Shown here piece by piece: positions 23,350 through 34,664 of a stretch of 64,000 nucleotides of DNA. A program made the translations under genes and the position numbers. Each line of letters starts with the position of its first letter. Position 1 is the first letter of the stretch. Below the pieces are notes generated by a model. That model did not search any database, was not told the origin of the DNA, and saw nothing but the letters and a program-made list of their open reading frames with translations. Source of the DNA: Chara braunii (lineage: Eukaryota > Plantae > Charophyceae); assembly GCA_003427395.1 (NCBI GenBank), contig BFEA01000031.1, positions 163,097-227,096 on the forward strand, written 5' to 3'.

Positions 23350-25288
23350 CGGAGCAGAACAGCAGTCAACAGAGTGAGAGTCCTGGAAGAAAAGGGACAG
23401 AGGGTGGCCTTCCAGCCAGATAAACCAATCCAGGATTTGGCCATGGATCCAGCAGAATGGGTATGGCAGGCCCCCCGACGGAGGGGCGCCCCCGGAGCAA
23501 GTCACATTAGCCTGCACCTCTTAACGGTCAAATCAACTTACAAAATGCTTCGACCCAAACGCCATCTGAGCGATACAATTAATGATAGATGGGCCAAGCA
23601 GCTAAATATTGACCGCTCTCTCCTGGCACTGATTCAATGGTTTAAAGAACAAAAGCATAAGCCAATGAAAATTACTTCCCTACAATGGCAGATAGCTCAC
23701 CGCTGCCTGCCGACTAACGATTGGTTGATTGACCGAACAAACCTTGAACAAAGAGGCCTGTTGCTCCCATCGTGCCAGCGATGCCAGAACCTCTTCCCCT
23801 TCCATAAGAAGGCAGAAACCATTGAACATATCTTCATGCAGTGTCCGATCGCGCAGCTCATATGGAGGTGGTGGGACCGTATTTGGCGGAAGATGGAACC
23901 GGATATTCCCTGACCCTGGTCATGGCAAACCATTCTGGCGGGGCATTGGCCCCAGGCAGGGACTGCCACGCCCTTCATCGAAAACATGTACAGAATAGGT
24001 AGGAGGGAACTGATGTGGGCACTCTGGTGGCAAAGATGCACCCTAACCATGGAAAAAGTACGAGTAGAGGGCGCAGAGATCATAGAACAAATCCAGCAGC
24101 AATTACACCTAGAACTTACACGTAGGTGGGTAGATACAAAGGAACAATTGGACCTTTTTAAACGAACAAGGGATGTCAGGAGAAAGATAACGGAATTTTG
24201 CAAGGACTGGATAGGGGGGAGAGGGAAGGTTGGATTGCAAAAGTAGTATGGAGTGGGGACCAAGAGGAAGGGGCACATAACTTAGAAGAAATGAGAGACT
24301 ACAGGCTGGTTCTCAAGGACTTGACTAACATTGAGGCCTCATTCCCATTACGCCCCTCCACAGATTTCCCGGACCCCTTCCCCCCCCATGCCCTGTCGCT
24401 GACAGAAATCCTGGCCTGAAAGAGATAAAGATATCCTGTCCCTCCCCCACCCACTTGACATTTCCCAACTTGTTCGTCCCTCCTGGCCACACAAGGAACC
24501 CCTCCCTGGAGCCCCCTAGGGAGGATCCTGCTTGCTAATCACGCCTACCAACCTCACTGATGCAGAGACAGTAGGCAAGCTGGCGGGATGGAACAGACAG
24601 ACCCTAGGACAAGTATCAGAATTTACAGAAGTCGGGGGGCGTCTCAAGAGTGCAATAAGGGGAAATGGCTATTACAAGCCAATCACGCCTGCCAACTTCA
24701 CTTATGCAGCCAGACAGCTGGCAAGCTGGCAGGTGGAACAAACAGGCCCTAGGATAAGTATCAGAGCCTACGGGAGCCGGGGGACTTCTCAAGAGTGCAA
24801 TCAGGAAATGGCTATTACAAGTACAGATGACAGCAAGCAGCCGGTTCACTGTATCAGTCCCGATTTTTCTACCTGGCGCCCTCCCATTGAGGGTGAAGAG
24901 ATACAGAGGTGACAACAGGTTTCCAAGGTCTACACAGAGCTGCTGAATTAAGGGTTATTGGACGACAACACAACTTTACACAGCAAGCCCCGGTGCCCCC
25001 CGGGAGTAGGAATCTGGCGCCGAAATCACGGTGAAGAGCCCCCCCCCTGCTCAGTCCATCCCCTGGTCTTCAGGGCAATCAATGCTGGCAGGTTCTTTCT
25101 ACGTTTTTTCTGATGTGTTCTGATGTATGCTAGTTGTATCATACTCATAAGGGACGCTGGACCCGTTTTCCAGCAGGTGGTGCTCCCCACCAATAGATGG
25201 AGCCTATCCCCAGGTGCTAGTGGTGTCTGCTCTCATCAGCATCGCTAACACTAGAGGGGTCTGTTGCTTCTTAAAAAAAAAAAAAAAA
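23350..25288 (+). mobile_element. 5'-truncated L1/Tx1-like LINE inserted into the PLE RT
   Basis: 12-bp TSD GGTCAGGGTCTT (23338-23349 and 25289-25300), poly(A), and the zinc motif CQRC...ETIEHIFMQCP. The empty site is visible in the pLTR copy at about 28649-28660. Confidence 0.92.
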
Positions 25289-25300
25289 GGTCAGGGTCTT

Positions 25301-26680
25301 GGGGTAGCACTGTTAAAAAAACTTACAAATTTTCCTTGCCTGATCGATAGTTACCTCGTTTTTCTTTTGGAAACCAATAATAATGGACACGTCGTCCATC
25401 AGCCTGACCCCTTGGATCAGGCGCCTGACAGAGCCCAAAGATACCAGAAACCGCCACTCAGCATGCGCACACATCAGGCATGCTAGTGGCGGGTTGGTGC
25501 TCTTCCCCATTGGTATTCCAAGAACTTGTCGCAAGAGCAGTCCATAAGTTTTTGTATACATGTGTCGAAGTTCAAAAATCATAAAATCACGAATTTCTGA
25601 AAACCTTACTCTCGACCATTTCACTCCTTCCATTTTTCTAAACGTAGCTCCTTTCCCTCTGGGATTAACGTGAATCTCGTGTTTATTGCTGAAACAATAA
25701 AAAGCCCACTCCAACACCCCGATAATATCTTGGTGGCGGAGGCGGCTAAACATATATTTGATATCATATGAAGCCGCCATCACACCCACCCCTTTGTAAG
25801 TACAATCCAGCACTTCATTGGCGCGTTGCAATCTCTTGGAAAGGTCTCCGACAGAGTTCAGGTTGAAGTGAATCTTTTAGGGAAGCGAAGTGAGCAGCAA
25901 ATTTAATGCCTTAGCCATCTTTCAGCAGATTATATTCTTGGGATCACGGAAAGTGGGGCAAATAGGCCTGAAACGAGTCAGGTCCTTTTGCTTCGGTTAA
26001 ACGTAGGCAGTGCCTACTCTTCCTCCTCCTTTCCACTTTCCCAAACAATTAAGACTAAGTTCATTAAACTTCTTCCTCACCTGGAGCCATGTTTCCCCCT
26101 CACTGCTTTGTACATACAAGTACCCTTCATTATATACAAACATGTCATTCATAGCATCGTAGTATATACGAGGACACATCAACACAACTTCACCTGGATT
26201 ACGGTCAACCAGGGTGAAGATCAGCTCCGAGTAAGTCTCCTTCAGCCTAGTATGCACTTCATTCAAAGAGACTTCCTCCCTCCTACTCTGCGTCATATTA
26301 ATACGACACTCGGCATCCTCTAAAGTTATAGACACTCGACTTCCTGGACCCGGCTTCCACTTCTCGAAGCCATCCTTCAGTTCGTTTGTCAACAACTGAA
26401 TTCTTTGTCTTTTTTGTGTCTTAGGGATATTGTTCGAATTTAACAATACCCTTGGGATTCCCAATACCTGGCTCAAACGACATCTGACGTGTCCATCGAC
26501 ACGTGGTAAGTCATATCCCAGACAAGTGCAGGCCTGCACATCCTAGGTGGCGGCCTTGCGATGGTTGCATAGGATATCCGCGATAGATAGGTTCTTCACC
26601 CATACTACCTTGATCTGCTTCTTCATAAAATCACTGATGAAAAATGGAAACCCAAGATGCTCAATGAATCTTACGTTACT
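25301..26680 (-). pseudogene. PLE reverse transcriptase with upstream linker
   Basis: Motifs CTC...GH, DRNPG (at the DKG-motif position), FRPI, SYDIKYMF (motif A), GIPMG (motif B), RLMDDV (motif C). It continues with WNFLG at about 23290-23349. Confidence 0.82.
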
Positions 26681-26689
26681 GCCACCATG

Positions 26690-27000
26690 TGGAGGAGCAC
26701 TTGAATAACCTGATTGAAGCTATCCCGTTGGCCTGGTACCAAACCCTGAAGTGAGGCCCCATCTTAAAAGAAGGTGACTGAGTAGCAAGTTCAATGTCTC
26801 CATATAGGGTAGGTCTGATACACTTGGTTTCACCACATTCTGTCATGATTGAACATTACACCAGAGCAGACACTCTCCAAGGCAGCACATTCCCCTTCGA
26901 ATGGAAGGAGAAAACTTCTGTGTACCGGGTGAGAATCCTAGAAGGGAAAGGACAGAAGGTGGTGCTCCAACCTCTCAAGCCAATCCAGGATCTGGCCCTG
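26690..27000 (+). pseudogene. Internal LINE ORF2 fragment occupying the centre of the PLE
   Basis: RVRILEGKGQKVVLQPLKPIQDLAL matches RVRVLEEKGQRVAFQPDKPIQDLAM at about 23370-23445. Confidence 0.75.
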
Positions 27001-27049
27001 GTCTTCCTCGTCCTGGTCTACACACCAACAGGGTGTTGGGTGGACTTAA

Positions 27050-27760
27050 TTCCTCCTCTTCAGTAGTAACAATACGTTTACATTTGCCAGCCAGCGTTAG
27101 TCGTCCAGTTTGGAGACTGATTTCGGACACTTCTTCTTCGGTTGATGAGTATGCATCTTCGTGGTTTCAGTGATGTTTCCGAGCTCATCTCTGTCTTCTG
27201 AATCGTCTGCTCCGACTGCTCATTTCTGGGGAGTAAAAAACGTCATCTTCGTCGTCTTCCTGCTTGTCATCCCACCGCTTGGAAAACTGCATATTCACCA
27301 GTCGTATTAAGCGCTCGTCATTTTCTTCTCTTTCTCTCCGGCGCTTCTCTTCTTTCTCCAACCTCCATTTCTCCTTCGCCTTTCTTTCCTTCTCCAGTTT
27401 CTCTCTGTCCTCTTTATCACTCTTCTTTTGTTGCTTCGCTTCCTCCTTTGCTACCAACAAGGTAACCAGATCCTTGATGCTGTCCGGGCATCAGTCTTGC
27501 GAGCGGGAGTCTGTCGATGACAACCTCCTAACTGGTTCCCACCATTGAGTTGGCGATGCTGATCTTCCTCTAAATCGTGGGTCGTATCCAGATTCTTTCG
27601 GTACCTTGGCTTCCAGGGCTTCATACCGATCTTTCCAATGTTGCCAGCAGTCGCGGGCATAGTGCCCCAGTTGCTTGTAACTGTAACATGTTGGAGGTCC
27701 TCGTATCGGCACCTCTACGCTTCCGGATCCGCTTCCTCCTTATTGACTTGTTGACGCCAT
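27050..27760 (-). pseudogene. PLE ORF1 N-terminal part: CCHC knuckle and charged coiled coil
   Basis: CYSYKQLGHYARDC (decayed CX2CX4HX4C) followed by an E/K/R-rich helix (27185-27460). Confidence 0.7.
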
Positions 27761-30692
27761 ATCTTCCTGTGCGACCAGCTACCTGTTACGCTCTCTTCTT
27801 CTCCAACACCCGTTCTCATGCAGCCATGCTCTTGTCTTCACGTGCTTCCACACGATGACTTGACCACCACACGAAGTATCTTTCCTCCGCAGGTTACCAA
27901 GGACTTCAACATGGGTGACTAAAACATGCAATCAGAGACATATCCCGCACAATACAGTCATGCCACGCACAAGATGCCACACATAATGATCATGCCACAT
28001 ATACTATGAGACGCATCCGCATTCGATGAAAGGATAAGCATATTGAGGTTGAGACAATCCAAGAGGTCGCAACAAACGACTGCTCAAGAATCCCTTTCCC
28101 TCACCACCTTTCTCCTTCCCTGAACTACGCCTGCTTACCACTACCCCGCCGGGTAAATACACGGAGCCCTGCCATCGAAAGAGGATAAGTGCGTCGACTC
28201 CAGATTATTTATAGCTATGGTACCTACTTCACACATACTATTGGACACTAGACTATGCTGACTCCTCACAGAGCAGGGTGGCTGTCAACGCCCAAACCGC
28301 GTCACGGTTCCTCGCGAAGTTTGACAGAGTCTTCGTGAAGAATCGGTCAGAGAAATTCTTTGCGCAAAATTATTTTCGCAGAGTAAGAACCTGGACTGGA
28401 ATCTGGGACCGAATTGTTGTATTCCGGTCGATACGGGTTAGCCACCCAGTAATCACAGCCATCTTTTGCTTCCGACAGGTCCAGGATTCGGAGTCTTGTC
28501 CTGTCCGGAAGGTGATCTCGCCCGAGGTCCAAAGTGTCTCCTCATTTTCAGTTCTCTGAAAACACCCCAGATAGGGGTAACGCTGCTGCACCTGCAATTT
28601 ACACCCAAGGAAGTCCCAGGACCCCGATTTCTCATCGGTCCTCTTCAGGGTCGGGGTCTTGGGGTAGCACCGTTCAAAAAGCTTACGAATCTTCCTCGCC
28701 TTATCGATAATTACCTCGTTCTTCTTTTAGAAACACAATAAAAATGGACACATCGTCCATCAGCCTGACCCTATGGATCAGGTGCCTGTCAAAGCCCAAA
28801 GATACCAGAAATCCCAACCCAACCTCCTTTTCACCCCTAAGTTTGTCGTTACGCCCAGCCCTCCCACAGGTTCCACAAAACTCACAGCCCCGATTTTATT
28901 TTTCTTTTTTTTTTAATCGCAGCCCGGATTTAAAAAAAAAAAGAAAAAAAAAAAAGGGCGACAGTCTTGAGATATATCCACAGGTGACCGGCCCTGGGTA
29001 ATTCGAGATCGTTATGGAAGTTATTATTGTAGATTATATGTCATGATCATGACTTATTGAGCTTCCTTATTGAGCTTATGTTGTGACAGGTATGTTGAGA
29101 ATTTTTTTGCCTCTGGAAATCTCGTGAAATTGAGGGTCTCAACCCTGATAAGCATCGTACTCATGACTGTCAGCTATGATGATTCTGCCTAAGAACTTAA
29201 CCTGAGAGCTCTTTTATTGGATGTGTATTGGGTGTTTCCCTACCGGCCGCAGCAGCAGGACCTGAGCAGCCACTTCCACTTGGCCCGATACTCGCGTATT
29301 GCAACGGGTTACAGGGAGGCACAACTCGCCCCAGCGAGTTACCAGTGTTGACTGGCCGTGGCCACCAATCCTTCAGGCCACTGAAAGTGACGGCAACGGG
29401 AATAGAACCCAGCACCTACTGAGCTAGCCGACGGGACAATCGCAGCCCAGATAAACTCGTAATCATAAGATTTCCAACGGTCCTTGGGGACATCCGTTAA
29501 TATGGGAATGATACAGAGAAGGGTAATTAGCATGGCCCCTGCGCAAGGATAGGATGACACGCTCCCAGCCCACACCCCCGCCCCCNNNNNNNNNNNNNNN
29601 NNNNNNNNNNNNNNNNNNNNNNNNNNNNNNNNNNNNNNNNNNNNNNNNNNNNNNNNNNNNNNNNNNNNNNNNNNNNNNNNNNNNNNNNNNNNNNNNNNNN
29701 NNNNNNNNNNNNNNNNNNNNNNNNNNNNNNNNNNNNNNNNNNNNNNNNNNNNNNNNNNNNNNNNNNNNNNNNNNNNNNNNNNNNNNNNNNNNNNNNNNNN
29801 NNNNNNNNNNNNNNNNNNNNNNNNNNNNNNNNNNNNNNNNNNNNNNNNNNNNNNNNNNNNNNNNNNNNNNNNNNNNNNNNNNNNNNNNNNNNNNNNNNNN
29901 NNNNNNNNNNNNNNNNNNNNNNNNNNNNNNNNNNNNNNNNNNNNNNNNNNNNNNNNNNNNNNNNNNNNNNNNNNNNNNNNNNNNNNNNNNNNNNNNNNNN
30001 NNNNNNNNNNNNNNNNNNNNNNNNNNNNNNNNNNNNNNNNNNNNNNNNNNNNNNNNNNNNNNNNNNNNNNNNNNNNNNNNNNNNNNNNNNNNNNNNNNNN
30101 NNNNNNNNNNNNNNNNNNNNNNNNNNNNNNNNNNNNNNNNNNNNNNNNNNNNNNNNNNNNNNNNNNNNNNNNNNNNNNNNNNNNNNNNNNNNNNNNNNNN
30201 NNNNNNNNNNNNNNNNNNNNNNNNNNNNNNNNNNNNNNNNNNNNNNNNNNNNNNNNNNNNNNNNNNNNNNNNNNNNNNNNNNNNNNNNNNNNNNNNNCCC
30301 CCGGACCCCCGGACCCCCGCCGGGGCCCCGGGGCCGGGGCTCGACAACCCTGCTTTTGAGAGATGATGGCATTCTTGGATTTGCTGCTTTTTAGAGATGA
30401 TGACGTCATTGAGGAGATCTTGTGTGTCATAGGTGCACCTTGCCTTCCATATCCTCAATGGATCCCTTGATTGGCACGTCAAATAGATACTGGAAGCCAA
30501 AGATCGAAGAGATTTGTCTCCACGCTTCTGTGTTTGCTCGCACTTTTTTTTTTTTTTTTTTTTTTTTTTTCATGCACTATTTCCTCTTGACCCCACTTGA
30601 TACGGTCCCTAATTAGATCTTTTTTTTTTCTTTTCTTTCTATGATAATTATGAAACACCACCAGGCATCCCACGACCTAGTTAATGTAATAT

Positions 30693-30893
30693 GGGCCTTG
30701 CCACACCACACCACTCTCGAAATGTGAAAAAGACAAAAATGTGGCGGTAGCATCTGGCCATGTTCTAGCCGGAAGTTCATTCTCATTTTGCACGTTCTGA
30801 AGTGGTGTGGCCATCTGGTGCGCGCATCTGGCCATGTTCGAGCGGGAAGTTCATTCTCATTTCGCACATTCCTACAGTGGTGTGGTGATGCCC
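30693..30893. mobile_element. Harbinger/Tourist-like MITE
   Basis: TIRs GGGCCTTGCCACACCAC and GTGGTGTGGTGATGCCC, 3-bp TSD TAT, and an internal ~55-bp duplication. Confidence 0.7.
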
Positions 30894-30896
30894 TAT

Positions 30897-31019
30897 ATCG
30901 TCAAACAGAGCTGCCCGCAGTGCCCAGAAAACCGTAGGCAGACAGGGAGAAGAGGACAGCAAACGAGGGACTGTGACAAGCTGTTCCATAGAGAGTTTCA
31001 CCTACTGATCAGGAGGCTT
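30897..31019 (-). mobile_element. Degenerate hammerhead mini-element
   Basis: The minus strand reads AGCCTC CTGATCA GTAGG TGAAACT... followed by the shared tail. The catalytic core is mutated. TA-rich flanks. Confidence 0.7.
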
Positions 31020-31032
31020 GTATATATGTATA

Positions 31033-31198
31033 GGGCCTCAACAGACCACTGTAGAAAATAAAAAAAGTGTGGGTGCATCTTCCACAGAAAGTGGCAAGAT
31101 GCATTGGTTCCTATTTATAGTAACAAATGCATCTTGCGACTGTCTGTGGGAATATGCACTCGTACTTTTCCCGTTTGGACAGTGGTGTGCCGAGGCCC
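31033..31198. mobile_element. Harbinger/Tourist-like MITE
   Basis: TIRs GGGCCTCAACAGACCACTG and CAGTGGTGTGCCGAGGCCC, TSD ATA. Confidence 0.7.
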
Positions 31199-31223
31199 AT
31201 AGAGAAGGGGCCCATGAGCCATA

Positions 31224-31709
31224 GAGCCTGGCCACACTACTCCCGGAAGAGTGGTGTTTTTGGGAGTGCAACGTCGCCACGCCACGCCAGTTCCCGAATT
31301 GGCCCTCGCCAGTTCCCGAATTGGCCCGCTCCAGTTCCCGAATTGGCCCGCGCCAGTTCCCGAATTGGATCTGTCCGGTCGAATTCGGGCGCTGTCAGAA
31401 TGGGGCTCCCGAGAGCACTCCCTCCCGAACTCAACGCCTGCAAACTTTAACCTGCCTTTTCGAGAGACCTCCCCTCCTTTGCTCCTCCGAGTTTCGTCCC
31501 AGACGGGACTGGAGCTGGAAGGGACAAACAGGGATTTCTGCCAGACTGCTTCACACCGATGGTGTCCACATGTGGCAACTGACATTTTTTCAGACTTGGA
31601 GCGCGGCGCGGTAGAGAGTGTAGTGTGGGCAAAGGCACTCTCGAGCAGATTTTCACTTCCGTAGCACTCCCGAAAATTTTCCAAACTCGGGAGTGGTGTG
31701 GCGGGGCCC
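31224..31709. mobile_element. Harbinger/Tourist-like MITE inserted in the tail of a hammerhead element
   Basis: TIRs GAGCCTGGCCACACTACTCCCG and CGGGAGTGGTGTGGCGGGGCCC, TSD ATA, and internal CCAGTTCCCGAATTGG x4 (31287-31368). Confidence 0.72.
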
Positions 31710-31755
31710 ATAGGCTGAGAGGGAGAGGAGGACAACGACGAACGAGGGGCTGTCC

Positions 31756-31815
31756 CAGACTCTTTCGTCAGAGTTTCACTGTCTCGTCAGGAGGCTGTGA
31801 GCCCTCTACAGTCTG
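31756..31815 (-). ncRNA. Type III hammerhead ribozyme (complete, two stem mismatches)
   Basis: CAGACU GUA GAGG gcucacag CCUC CUGACGA GACAG ugaaacu CUGAC GAAA GAGUCUG. Confidence 0.75.
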
Positions 31816-31917
31816 CAGAGTCCCTGATAGTTGTCTCAGCTTGCCTGTATCTATTTATGGGTACGGTAAAATATGTATCTGCATCACCAACTGAGACATC
31901 AACTGGGACATCTACAT

Positions 31918-31972
31918 GTCTCAGTTGGTGAGACATACCAGTGGCATTCATGAGGTTGGAGGTTCAATCCCT
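31918..31972 (+). pseudogene. tRNA-derived sequence
   Basis: A-box-like TCTCAGTTGGTGAGA and B-box GGTTCAATCC. Related to 3913-3982. Confidence 0.45.
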
Positions 31973-32144
31973 ATTTGCCTTATATACCTTGCTGGGCAAG
32001 CTTGGCGCCCGCCACCTAGACAATTAGCCTTTTAAAAAAAAAAAAAAAAAAAAAAAACTATTTANAAATTATAATGCTCTATATAAGAGTCTGCGTAAAC
32101 CATAGGCAGAGAGGGAGAAGATGACAACAAAAGAGGGGGTGTGA

Positions 32145-32202
32145 CAAACTGTTTCGTCGGGGGTTCACCGACTCGTCAGGAGGCTGAACCCTCAACAGTC
32201 TG
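32145..32202 (-). ncRNA. Type III hammerhead ribozyme (intact)
   Basis: CAGACU GUU^ GAGG guucag CCUC CUGACGA GUCGG ugaaccc CCGAC GAAAC AGUUUG. All three stems pair and the core is intact. Predicted cleavage lies between 32194 and 32193. Confidence 0.9.
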
Positions 32203-32534
32203 CAAAATCCCCTAACTGATTACACTGAAAGTGATAAGCCACCTTAACCCTGGCTGTGGTTAGGCATCAACGACTGCCCGGCAACTGATACCTCTCTGAG
32301 GAGGTGGGGACCACCAACCACTGCCCTCAAGGTGCCTGTGACGAAAATCAAAGCAGACTATCACTCACCCACACCAGATGGAAAACTCTACAGACTGTCT
32401 GTTCACACTCCATCAAAAGCCAGCAAAACACCCATGAAACAGAGAAAGGTTTGTCACAGCAAAAAAATACACTCTAGACACGCCGCTGGCACTAGAGCCA
32501 CAGCATGGCCGCGTAGTGACGGCCCCGATATATA

Positions 32535-32634
32535 TCCTGACGAGTGGGTGAAACTCCGACGAAACAGTTTTTCACAGCCCCTCGTTTGTTGTCCTCTTCT
32601 CCCTCTCTGCCTTACCGGGCAGTTCTGTTTGACT
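32535..32634 (+). mobile_element. 5'-truncated hammerhead mini-element in (TA)n
   Basis: CTGACGA at 32537-32543, stem II, GAAAC, and the shared tail ending CTGTTTGAC. Confidence 0.78.
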
Positions 32635-32646
32635 ATATATCCACGC

Positions 32647-32692
<46 letters not shown>

Positions 32693-32732
32693 TCACAAAA
32701 AATATATATATGAGAAAACTAGGACCGTAGTA

Positions 32733-32915
32733 GGGCACAATCACCGTTTTCAGTTTTAAATGTGTTTCTGTCATGACTTTGCGAATATTGCTCCAAAGCA
32801 AGGAAAATTGTGAATGTATCTAACCAAGCTTGAGGGTTGGGTGGGGATGTGTTCTATTCGAGGGATGCCTGAAGTGCATTTAAAACTGAAAACGTGACTG
32901 CGCGGCAGTTAGCCC
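32733..32915. mobile_element. MITE-like element
   Basis: GGGC...GCCC ends flanked by TA, with subterminal inverted repeat CGTTTTCAGTTTTAAATG / CATTTAAAACTGAAAACG. Confidence 0.6.
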
Positions 32916-32932
32916 TATATATACACATATAT

Positions 32933-33052
32933 AGGGTTCAGCCTCCTGAAGAGTCGGTGAAACTCCGACGAAACAGTTTGTCACAGCCCCTCGTTTGTTG
33001 TCCTCTTCTCTCTCTCTGCCTACGGTTTACTGGGCAGTTCTGTTTGTGACGA

Positions 33053-33099
<47 letters not shown>

Positions 33100-33212
33100 T
33101 ATATATCATCAAACAGAGCTGCCCGGTGAGCCGTAGGTAGAGAGGGAGAAGAGGACAATAAATGAGGGGCTGTGACAAACTGTTTCGTCGAAGTTTCACG
33201 GACTCTTCAGGA
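32933..33212. mobile_element. Tail-to-tail pair of hammerhead mini-elements around (TA)n
   Basis: The + copy (32933-33053) starts AGGGTTCAGCCTC CTGAAGA. The - copy is at 33105-33212, with a TA tract between them. Confidence 0.85.
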
Positions 33213-33297
33213 TAGTCTCTTGAATTAGTAATGTATTAGATGAGATAGATTTAAAATACATAACATAGATCTCTGAGATATTTCTATGAAATATTTA

Positions 33298-33375
33298 TAT
33301 ATGATTCTATAAAAGAAATACAAAGAAGATGATTCATGAATCATTCTCTTTGTATTTCTTTATAGAATCATATAT
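33298..33375. repeat. Near-perfect AT-rich palindrome
   Basis: TATGATTCTATAAAAGAAATACAAAG...GATTCATGAATC...CTTTGTATTTCTTTATAGAATCATA. Confidence 0.85.
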
Positions 33376-33479
33376 AATCAGAATCAATTTATATATATAT
33401 ATATGTATATATATCGTCAAAATATATATATATACATATATATCATCACAAATGTATATATCTATATATATATATTTAT

Positions 33480-33598
33480 AGGTTTTAGCCTCATGAAGAG
33501 TCAGTGAAATGCCGACGAAACAGTTTGTCACAGCTCCTCGTTCGTTGTCCTCTTCCCCCTGTCTGCCTACTGTTTACTGCGCAGCTCTGTTTGACGAT
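33480..33598 (+). mobile_element. Degenerate hammerhead mini-element
   Basis: AGGTTTTAGCCTC ATGAAGA GTCAG TGAAATG CCGAC GAAACAGTTTG plus the tail, directly after (TA)n. Confidence 0.75.
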
Positions 33599-34631
33599 CT
33601 ATGAGTGTTTTACAAAAAGGCATCCCACCATTGGCAGGGGCTTGGTCTCACCTACGCGCATTTAGTTTGAAGTAGTTTAAAGTTTAAACCATGTGAGGAC
33701 TGGTTTCCAGGTAACGAAGGGAGACCGCTGGGGCGAGGTCCCATTCACAGTCGGATAGGAGTGTGGCCGATCCAGTGTGACACCGAGCGGCAGCGGCCAG
33801 ACAGGTTCATTACGAATTTCTGGGCTGAGAAAACAAGAGAAAGGAAAAAAAAGAAGAAGAAGAAACAGAGACCTCCCACCGGAATCACCGCAGAGTGCTT
33901 CCCAGCCATCAGATCACAAATGATCTGATGGTGGTGGTTGCAACAACAGTGAACAAAGTAACCGCCGCATTTTCTGGAATAAACTTGACTTCTGTCAGCA
34001 CTGATCCTGACACCCTCCATATACTCCGTGATTGAAGGAGGGCTCCACCCAATGAGATAATTGCACACAGCAAGTAAAATACTGAAAATCTTCTATCCAG
34101 TGGGCCTAAGGCCGACCCCACCCTCCTTTGGGGTTGGCCACACCCCCAACCGATTGAAAAGATTCTGGCGGGAAGCTTTCTTTGCAAGTGCATGCCCAGT
34201 GTTAAACCACCAGTACTTGGCCCACCTATTGGCCGCGGAAAAAAATAGAGTAGAAACGTTTCTAGTTGGATGAATTTGGGTGCTCCTGTAGTGGCCCGTA
34301 CGTTTCCTAAAATCGTGTAGCGTTAACGGGCACGACTTTAGGAAGTACTAGTGGTTTAAGGAGAGGAGGAGGGGAACGAAGATCACCTTACTTTTTCGGA
34401 TAATACATGTAAAATACTGACCGTGGGATCACGAGTACTGCACTGCAGGATTTGGGTCACTCAACTGCCCCACAAACTCGTTTCTATCCTATCCCGTTGC
34501 CAGTGGGACCTCGTCCCTGTTGCTCTCTGAATTTAAAGGCTGCTTTTTTTCAGCAACAGAACAAAATAAAGCAAATATGCATATTAATTGAATAAGAGGG
34601 GGGGTGATAAGGAGGAGTCGTCATTGGGCTG

Positions 34632-34664
<33 letters not shown>

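Larger units (their letters stand above)
22605..28812 (-). mobile_element. Penelope-like element, copy 2, with a pLTR-type partial tandem duplication
   Basis: Direct repeat: 27910-28812 matches 22612-23349 plus 25289-25450 (RT 3' end plus 3' UTR) and precedes ORF1. The PLE-type RT lies at 25313-26539. Confidence 0.8.

Noticed and set aside
23143-23913. Novel fusion protein ORF
   Set aside because: The frame merely runs from antisense PLE sequence across the TSD into the truncated LINE ORF2.
27910-28812. True LTR pair or a hammerhead inside the pLTR
   Set aside because: The repeat includes RT coding sequence and lacks TG..CA ends and a PBS. No CUGANGA/GAAA core could be found by eye.
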